Source: Octopus vulgaris
Taxonomy: Eukaryota
Direction: 5' to 3'
Length of the DNA: 64,000 bases
Assembly: GCA_951406725.2 (NCBI GenBank)
Contig: OX597828.1
Span: 21,886,001-21,950,000 of the forward strand
Shown: positions 53,827 to 64,000 of the stretch, one piece after another
Layout of the letters: every line of letters begins with the position of its first letter
Position numbering within the stretch: the first letter of the stretch is position 1
Translations under genes and position numbers: made by a program
Notes under the pieces: generated by a model
The model's database searches: none
What the model was told of the DNA's origin: nothing
The model's input: only the letters and a program-made list of their open reading frames with translations

Positions 53827-54831
53827 GACTGGTTGAAACAATACACATGTTATTAGTAAATCTGCCGTAGTAGAATTCTGATCCTTCGTATTGTTAGAAT
53901 GGTACCCCTCCCCTGCCGCCACCACCTCCACCGCCGCACCTCTCCGCCATTGATCTTACATACATTTGTTGACGGAGATTAAAGATGGCGGAAAGAAGGT
54001 CAAATCCAACGGAGATCGTACGGCGAGTGTATAAAAATACATTTCCACAGATGAAGACTTTGACTTACACTCACACTTTCACGGAGAGAGGCTGAGAGAG
54101 AGAGAGAGAGAGAGAGTGAGAGTGTGAAGGGGGAGAGAAAGGGAGAGAGGGAAAGAGAGGAAGAAAGAGAGTGAGTGAGTGAGAGAGAGAAACAAAACGT
54201 CACAGGTATGTTTATCTTCGTGTATGTCATGTATGTATGTATACATATGCGTGAGGGTGTATGTGTGTGTGAGTATGCGTAGGGATAAGTGCATATATAT
54301 ATATATATGAATGTATATATATATATATATATATGAATGCATATATTTGTGTTTGAGAGTGAGGATGGGTGTGCGCGCGACTGTGTGTATGTGTGTGGAC
54401 AGGTGTAGAGTTTTAAATTCACTACTTTATATGTGTATTTGTCGCTTTTGTTTCCAAGTACGCCAATGCTTCCGAACAACTCTCTCTCTCTCTCCCCCTC
54501 TCTCTCTATCACTCTCTGTCTGTCTGTCTGTTTCTCTCTCTTGATCTATCTATCTGTCTCTCTGTCTATGTATATATGTATGTATGCATGCTTGTACGTA
54601 TGCATGTATGTAGACACGTATGCATATCAAAGGGTATATTGATGTTGGCAAATATGTGTGTGTATATATATATATACATATATATGTACGCATGTGTGTA
54701 TATATATATACATACATATATCTACATGTGGGCATGTGGGCGTGGGTATTTGTGTGAATGTGTATGTTTCTCTTATTTGTATTTATATAGGTATTTGGTA
54801 CGATGTGCATTATATGTCTATAAGATATACA

Positions 54832-54924
<93 letters not shown>

Positions 54925-55119
54925 ATATACGTTTGGGTAAACAAACCGGCGTAATAGTATTCACGGATAGCATTTGAGTTGATGTATTCACTCGAAGCAG
55001 ATTATTTATCTATCCTAGGAAGGAATACGCACACACGTGTAAACACACACATACACGCACAGAGTTACACGCACGTACAAACACATACGCACACGTACAT
55101 ACGTATACGAACATACACA

Positions 55120-55175
<56 letters not shown>

Positions 55176-55192
55176 TATATACATATACATAC

Positions 55193-55224
<32 letters not shown>

Positions 55225-55234
55225 GATACCTGCA

Positions 55235-55310
<76 letters not shown>

Positions 55311-55727
55311 TATACGTATATATGTGTGGGGGTTTGTTGGTATTTGTTTGGGCTTGGATTGGCAAACCAGCGGAAATAAATCAAAACAAAATCCTTATTC
55401 AATACAAGGTGAAGATGTTATTCATGTCATACTATCTGAAGGGGTACGACACTGCCTTTTCAAGATACATATGGTGGGGTTTTTTTTAAATTTTATTTCT
55501 GTTGTCTTTTATGTATCTTTGGCAACATATGTGTATTTTGTCGTTATGATATGAATGGCACATTAAAATTTGAAATATACCATCCATGTGCCTCTCAGCA
55601 ATGCTGGTCGTATTGTAAAGGTCTTTGTAGGAGGTTACTCAACACACATGCAAACACACACATACAAATACACACACACATATACACACAAATACATACA
55701 CACATGCAGCAAAACACACATGTAGTA

Positions 55728-56111
55728 TAAATTGCTAGAATTAAGAGCTAAAAAATATGACTCGAATAGCCACACAAAATCACCAAACTCTTCAGATTAT
55801 AATATCTTATGGTATATTTATATACGCTCAGACCGCTTTGAAATTTAGCCCTCGCTGTTCCACGGTTATTTTCCTTCATGAGATAATAGGAAGCCAGCTA
55901 TCTCTTTAACCCGGAGTAATTTGAGGATTTCCCTGAATAGAAACGAAATTTCGAAATCATTTGAAAAAAGCTTATCGAATTACTTCATTCAGGGACTTTT
56001 ATCTCACTGGATATTTTGGCTTACCGTTCGCACTCCTATTGAACATCTCATGGGTTGGTGATATTTGTGGCTATTCATGGTATATTCTTTAGCTCTTATT
56101 TCTAGCAACTG
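55728..56111. mobile_element. MITE-like element with ~55-bp imperfect TIRs
   Basis: TTGCTAGAATTAAGAGCTAAAAAATAT...AATAGCCACA..ATCACCAA (55732-55786) is the inverse of TTGGTGAT..TGTGGCTATT..CTTTAGCTCTTATTTCTAGCAA (56055-56108); right end ...CAACTG|TA is Tc1-like. Confidence 0.65.
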
Positions 56112-56223
56112 TAGGTGCTGTTTTGCACCTTTAATTATGTATTCTTCATTATTCGTTCTTAATTTATCATAATATCAATTTATCATTATAATATTTTATT
56201 GCATGTATATACATATATACATA

Positions 56224-56319
<96 letters not shown>

Positions 56320-56517
56320 AATAAGTATCAAGATTTCAAGTAGCAATGCAGTACGACGTTTCAAGCGGTTAGATTTTCATTCTGTTCACCCTATTTCGAG
56401 CTGTGCGGACAATACGGACAGACTTGGTGCTTCAACTTAAGTATCTAATTCAACAGAATCTTAATTACTTCGCTCTATCTCCGTCTCTCTCTCACTCTCT
56501 CTCTGTATATATATATA

Positions 56518-56746
56518 TACAATAGAAATACAAAATGGCTGACAGTTAGTAAGGAGAGACACAAATAAGAAAGAAAAAAACAAAGGACCACTGATGCGGT
56601 CACGGGAGTGTGACGAAAGAACTCTGCCGAAATAAGATTAAGATTAATGTAAAAAATAAATAACACTGAAGCAAAGTAACACCAAATATATAGTGCGTGT
56701 GATTTTATTGGCTAAACTGGCAAAATGACCATTCCAAAATATAACT
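56518..56746 (+). repeat. ~230-bp dispersed element, copy 2
   Basis: Highly similar to 36689-36922. Confidence 0.9.
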
Positions 56747-56927
56747 ATGTATATATATATATGTGTGTGTGTAGAGAGAGAGAGAAAGAGAGAGAGAGAG
56801 AACTTGATGTAGCAGAGAAGAAATCGGGCATTATGGAATCAAGAATGGACAAATTTCCCTTAAGCCCCATCACTATCCCCTATAAATTCGGTAAAGTACA
56901 CGTGCGCTACAAATTATCTCCACCCGG

Positions 56928-56982
<55 letters not shown>

Positions 56983-56999
56983 CACATAGGCACATATAA

Positions 57000-57063
<64 letters not shown>

Positions 57064-57202
57064 CAAAATGAGAAAATGAAGAAACATACCTAAATCAATC
57101 ATCAACCATCAGATAATACCCATTCAATACTTTATTAAACCATTACATAACATCAATGACATTATACATAATATATTGCAAATATAACTAGACATGGAAT
57201 AC

Positions 57203-57241
<39 letters not shown>

Positions 57242-57299
57242 CATACATACATATATGTATATATATATGTGTGTGTGTGTATATATATATGTATACACA

Positions 57300-57393
57300 C
57301 GGCTATAGTAGAATATACCTGCCCAAGATGCCACGCAGTGGGACTGAACCTGGAACCATGTGGTTAGGAAGCAGGCTTCTAATCACACATACC
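57300..57393 (-). mobile_element. SINE family A 5' fragment
   Basis: GGCTATAGTAGAA...GCCACGCAGTGGGACTGAACCTGGAACCATGTGGTT. Confidence 0.8.
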
Positions 57394-57436
57394 AATGTAT
57401 AAAATACACACATATGCTCATCTATATATGTAGTTA

Positions 57437-57492
<56 letters not shown>

Positions 57493-57834
57493 TCCGTATA
57501 TCTATATATGGAACTGAATCACAATTCTAATTACTAACCCATTAAAAAAAATTAACATATGCGCAGCAATATATATGCAATGACTTCTTAATCTGCAGAG
57601 AGTTACACACGTGACTCAAGCATTGAGAGTTTTCTAAGAGCACATATATGTTGTCTTTTAAGTCTAATATATTTCTACCTACAAATTAAAACATGAATTC
57701 ATAAATATATAGATTAATGCTTGTATGCAAGAATATTCATATACATACAGGCATATATATATATATATATACATACATACAAAAACATATATATATATAT
57801 ATATATAGGTATATATGAATATAATGTGTATATA

Positions 57835-57875
<41 letters not shown>

Positions 57876-58179
57876 AGTACATATATGTGTGTAGGCGTGT
57901 GCGTCGGCGTTTGTTTGCATGTGTATATATATATAACGCAGCACCAGGAAAAGACCATGTTAAATATTGCAAATAAGGAGTCATGAATGGGAGAGGTGTA
58001 CTGCCAGAGTACATTATATGTACGATGCATTTAAATATGCATGTCTTTGGTACAATGTCGTGCGGTGAGATGCGCAACTATTTTGCATATATTATGCACC
58101 AAATCCTTTATCGCATATCCAGAACGTAACAACAACAGCTAAAACAACATCTGCAAGGTGAATCTAAGAACAATGAAAA

Positions 58180-58460
<281 letters not shown>

Positions 58461-58756
58461 ATCACAAGAAGCGGAATAATAACAGTAATAATGATAAATC
58501 TCAATATATTTTGAAACTTGTAAATGACATCAGATAAAGACGTAACGCTAAGGAGTCTACTGCTTATGAATAATAGATAGTTTGGGTAATGTAACCTGGA
58601 ATCGCGGCGAAGAAGTGAAGATGCAATCGGAAGGATCATTACGAGTGATTGTTAATTATGTATTTCTAAGATTTTATACATGGTTGGCAGCTATTTGATA
58701 TTCTGAGAATGGGACATTAGGAGATCGTTGGGAAAATATCGAAGCAGTATAAATAC

Positions 58757-58815
<59 letters not shown>

Positions 58816-59087
58816 TACATACATATATATATATATGATTACACATATATGTAAATATATATATATACATACACACACATATATTTATATATATATATAT
58901 ATATACAAACAAATATATATATATATATATATATATAGGTATATATGAATATAATGTGTATAATATATACAAAGTGTCATATAGATTTAAGATTACCGCA
59001 ATAGAATGGAACGTAATTTACATATTTTGGAATATTACACACACACACATATATATGTATATATACATACATACATACATATATGTA

Positions 59088-59117
<30 letters not shown>

Positions 59118-59119
<2 letters not shown>

Positions 59120-59200
59120 GTAAATCCTAAAGAACGAAGAACAAACACAAAAAAACAACAACGTGAGAACGTGGTGCATATAAAGTATTAACAGAGGCTC

Positions 59201-59254
<54 letters not shown>

Positions 59255-59322
59255 CAAAGTAAGCACATAAAAGCGAAACAAGGTGGAAAAAGTTGTACTC
59301 GAATACCAAAGGTAGAGTATTA
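59118..59322 (-). mobile_element. Two PLE pLTR termini of different families stacked in one (TA)n array
   Basis: 59118-59203 matches revcomp of 48303-48380; 59255-59322 matches 45241-45310. Confidence 0.75.
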
Positions 59323-59887
59323 TTTCAGATGGAATAAAAGGATGAAAAGCAATGCAATCTACTGTTTTTCCCCTGATGAGTGGATTTTTTATCACTTTAT
59401 TCCTTTGGAATAATACCAATGTTTTTTTCGAATCATATGTCGGAAGTATAAAGATTTGAACAAAACCTGCGTTTAACTCCATTTATATGTACACACACAC
59501 ACGCGCGCTCACGCACACACACACACACAAACACATATATATATATATCCACATTAAACAAGGAGACCGTCCAGAAGAGTTGCAGGAGATTCCCAAGCTA
59601 ATGGCGATTTGATTGACTATATTTACTGTTTAATAGTTCAAGATATTTTGTATGTAATTTTTGTTAAATATATGTGTTCGAATGAGATCTCAGTGTTATT
59701 TTCATTATTGCGTAATTTAGGCGTTAATTTATTCACTGGAGCCTGTGCCTGTGCCTGTCTATGAGCGTTTATGGACCTAGAAAAGCCATTTGACTGAAGG
59801 AATAATGATGCAATGTGGCAGATGTTGTGGTTGTATGGAGTAGATGATAGATTGTTGAGAACTATTCAGAGTTTTTTTTTTTAAAGA

Positions 59888-60366
59888 GAAAGTAAGGCGT
59901 GCGTTAGGGTGGGTGTTGAAGTAAGTGAGTTGTTTGATGTGAAGATGTGTTAGGACAGGGCTATTTTTATGTCTCCGTGGCTGTTTGATTTGTATATGGA
60001 TAATGTGGTGAGAGAATTAAATGCTAGCACCCTTGGTAGGAGAGCCCAAATGGTGGAAGACAATGGAGAGATATGGCGAGTAAGTTGTTTGCTGATGATA
60101 TAGCACTGGTGGCAGATTCAGAAGAGCAACTTAGGAGACTGGTGATCGAGTTTGGAAGATTGAGTGAAAGGAGGAAACTGAAAGTGAATATAACTAAGAG
60201 TAAGTGATGAGATGTTCGAGAGATTGAATGGCTGATTGGATGGATGTGAGTATAAATGGTAAAATTTTAGAGGAGGTGAGTATTTTTAGGTATCTGGGAT
60301 CACATGTGACGGTGGATGGGAGCTTGGCTGAGGAAGTGTTTAGCCCCTTGTGGGTAGTAAAGAAAT
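59888..60366 (+). mobile_element. RTE-clade reverse transcriptase fragment fused to the Tx1/SINE-B 3' tail
   Basis: SKACVRVG...MSPWLFDLYMDNVVRE...LFADDIALVADSEEQLRRLV..FG...KLKVNITKSK...LEEVSIFRYLGS, then TGTTTAGCCCCTTGTGGGTAGTAAAGAAA. Confidence 0.88.
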
Positions 60367-60801
60367 ATATATATATATATATATATACATACATACATAC
60401 TTACATATACAAATACGTGTATACATGCATGTATATACATATGTATATTTCTGTGGGAATTAGAGGTTGAGAAACCAACTAAGGGATAATACCTATCCGA
60501 TATACAACTGGTAGTGTACCTAATTATTCATAGCCAAGCGCTAGTTATTGCATGGCAATCTCGCAATTGAGTATCGTATATGGGCGTGGGTAAAAATTGG
60601 TTTGCTTTTGATTTATACGGCAAAGAAGAAAACGGAGAGGATATAAAATCGACAGACATTAGCCAGTAAATAGACATACTGGAATGGTTACGACTTTATA
60701 TCGTCTCCGCTTTCTTATTTGCCGTATATACATACATATATAAATATATATATATATATATATATGGATATATATGTATATATACATAGATGTATATATA
60801 G

Positions 60802-60849
<48 letters not shown>

Positions 60850-60995
60850 TGAAATAGAAAGATGAATAATCTTGTTGCAGATTAATCAAAAGTTTAACCG
60901 ATACCTTGGTAGCAAAAATCAAAAAAGAGGTACAACCAAATGCAATAAAACGATTTCTGTTCAATCTTCGTTCAACTCCATTTCCTCAATTCACT

Positions 60996-61060
<65 letters not shown>

Positions 61061-61789
61061 AGTATATCTTTACGCATGACTATATCTGTATATCTTCGCA
61101 TGTATATATGCAGACAGTGAAAGATATATAATGTTAATATAGATTCATAAAATTAATGCTCTTACATGAACCTTTATGTAGTTACATTCAATAACTGACA
61201 CACAACCACACACACATACACGCACACACACACACCCGTGCGTACACACATACATCAACACACACACACACAGTCTCAACCATATATGGACTCATAACGT
61301 CTCTGCCGTGCTGTTTGATTCTTTAAATTTGTGGGTGTTCTCACATGTGCTGATACAGATGTCGTACAAATAACGATATGAAAATATGGAAGCATAAAAT
61401 ATAGTCCAGACATAAAAGCAGTCAGAATGGGAGTTGATATAACAGGCACGATACTTTATATCAGAAGGTTTTTCAAGTATGGCCGCAATCCAGTGACTTA
61501 GATATATGAAAGGGAAAACTATAAGAATATGCACACATGTGTGTGTGTAGGGGGGTTTAGATGTGTGTATGCATTTATAGAGACACAAACATTTATAGAC
61601 ACACAAACAAGCGTACAAATATATATGTGTATGGGTGCCTGTCTGTGTATGTATAAATATACGCATATGTATATATACATATATTAATATACAAAGACGC
61701 ATGTCATATATATACATATACAAACAACTATGTATGTATGTTAGAACAGACAGTAAATTGTTGTCGTTATACATATATGTATACATACA

Positions 61790-61847
<58 letters not shown>

Positions 61848-61932
61848 TACAATATATATATATATGTGTGTGTGTGTAGATAGATAGATAGTGTTGATAT
61901 GAATACATATATGCAAATATATATGGTGATTA

Positions 61933-61970
<38 letters not shown>

Positions 61971-62284
61971 TATTTATATATGTTTGTGTGTATGTGTATG
62001 CGTGGGTATATGTGTGCATGTCTGCATGTGTATGTGAATGTGATAATAACATCTGTATTAAGTTAATGTAAATTCATAAAACACTCACGTGTACGAAAAT
62101 GTACTCAACGACAGATTCACTCTCTGCCCCTCTCTCTCACATGTACATGTATGTATATATGTATGTATTTATGTAGTAAGCATGTGTATATGTGTTTATA
62201 TTTTTATTGGCAACATGTACATAAATATTGCAATATAAATATGCTTCAAAGAGTATTTTAAGGTATAAATCGAGGGAGTATATA

Positions 62285-62355
<71 letters not shown>

Positions 62356-62360
62356 ATGTC

Positions 62361-62391
<31 letters not shown>

Positions 62392-62440
62392 GGGTGTATG
62401 CATGTATATATATATGTACATATATGTATGTACATATATG

Positions 62441-62486
<46 letters not shown>

Positions 62487-62977
62487 TATTCACATATGCA
62501 TCACATGTGTGTGTGGATGTGTGAGTGTTGTGCATGCACACTTAAAAAGAAACAGAGAAGGCGTATATCGCAACAAATGTATCGATAGTGTACAAATTTC
62601 AGAAGATAGCATATTTTTGGCGGTTAATCTCGTAAATTCTTTCCTATTAAAACCCTTGTCAGCTTCATTGTTAACGGACGTTTAAGCTGTGTGCAACTTA
62701 TGCTCTGGCACTTCTCAGATTACGTTACATTGACTTGAGTATTCACCTGAATATGGTCCAGTGGGATAAATAATATATATAAATATATTCATATATTACG
62801 AATGTGCTCATATAAACACTCATGCACCCTTACTCACATAAGCGCACACACATACATATGTCACCGTTGTAAACGTAGGTCTATAAGAGTGAGAATGGGT
62901 GTTGTGTGTATACAAACATACATACGTACGTACATCCACACACACACATATATATATACTATATATATATATGTATG

Positions 62978-63033
<56 letters not shown>

Positions 63034-63083
63034 TATATATATATATTTATGTATATATATATATATTATATATGCATATATAT

Positions 63084-63140
63084 AGGCGCAGGAGTGGCTG
63101 TGTGGTAAGTAGCTTGCTAACCAACTACATGGCTCCCGGT
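63084..63140 (+). mobile_element. SINE family A head only
   Basis: GGCGCAGGAGTGGCTGTGTGGTAAGTAGCTTGC...CCGGT. Confidence 0.8.
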
Positions 63141-63185
63141 TATATATATATGGGTGTATGTATGTATATATATATATATATATGA

Positions 63186-63745
63186 AAGGCGTACTGTTGG
63201 AATGTCTCAGTGAAGACCTCAATAAAATGTAAGCACATCAAACTTGATATAATGATTTGGGAATTAGCTGGCGAACGGATGTTAACCTAAAGCTGAAGAT
63301 CTGTGAAAAAGAGAACACCTATGCTGAACTGTTGAGAAATCTACAGTTACTCTATCCAGATCATAAGTTCAGGCTTATATTTGTAATTATTGGGGACCTG
63401 GACTATGTAAGACACCAATCTTGTGGAATTAGTCTTCTTAAAACCAGAAAGGAGAAAGCTAATTCAAAGAGTACAGATCCAGTCCATTACTGAAACCATA
63501 ATGATCTGTAAAACTTTCCAGATGTTTGTCATTTAAATGTATATGAGCATTCTAGATATACAACTATATGCATGAGAATAAATATATAAATCAAAGCATA
63601 CAGATCTGCACATGTATATACATACATACAGCAAGAATACCCTGTTGTTGATGTTGAAATTCTATTGAAGGAACCTTGGATCTAGGTTAGAAACTGGCTC
63701 CTTCTCTACTGGCAAGAAATCATGAAATAAAACTGAACAATGAAT
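63186..63745 (+). mobile_element. 3' fragment of a second restriction-like-endonuclease non-LTR retrotransposon
   Basis: [21 protein letters not shown] / ISWRTDVNLKLKICEKENTYAELLRNLQLLYPD...VIIGDLD resembles the RLE pattern H.RPDI..W, E.S.P.D.N, EK..KY..L, IIGALG; followed by a putative 3' UTR. Confidence 0.7.
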
Positions 63746-64000
63746 TACATGCATACAAAAATACACACATACATACATAGTGGCTGCTATTAACATATGA
63801 TTGTGTGCTATTAACACACGATAGGGCTTAGGTCAATTCTGGCCGAAGACTTTTCGAAGTGTCCAAGTATCTAAGTATAGACATGCATACATAAATACAT
63901 ACATACATATATACACAAACACAAACACGAACACACAAACGCACAAACACATGAATATGCAGAATACATACATACAAACGTACACACATACATATATACA

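Noticed and set aside
53402-53836. Poly-Thr/Ala or poly-Ser ORF as a mucin-like exon
   Set aside because: Open in several frames on both strands because of the trinucleotide repeat; non-ATG start; no supporting splice or domain context.
58628-58641. CGGAAGGATCATTA, identical to the 18S rRNA 3' end
   Set aside because: Only 14 nt; the flanks do not match rRNA.
59372-59400. CTGATGAGTG...CAC
   Set aside because: No GAAA or stem III follows.

Overview
AT-rich, microsatellite-saturated eukaryotic DNA with no recognisable host protein-coding exon; it reads as intergenic or intronic. The SINE families and the (TA)n/(CA)n/(TATG)n/(AAT)n density resemble an octopus (coleoid cephalopod) genome, which is an inference from repeat content. 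Almost all ORFs in the supplied track are microsatellite translations. The real content is: (i) about 25 copies of three tRNA-derived SINE families; (ii) a full-length dead IR/DR Tc1 transposon and three MITE-like elements; (iii) fragments of Tx1/L1-like, CR1, RTE and restriction-like-endonuclease (R4/Dong-type) LINEs; (iv) two different Penelope-like elements (PLEs); and (v) a diverse set of hammerhead-ribozyme (HHR) motifs, mostly in short non-coding elements sitting in (TA)n arrays. The HHR set includes a candidate non-circularly permuted hammerhead (24560-24622), a retrozyme-like 1.3-mer (36029-36486), and core-variant HHRs. Two SINE-LINE 3'-tail partnerships can be read directly within the window. 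All folds and alignments were done by eye; no searches were run.
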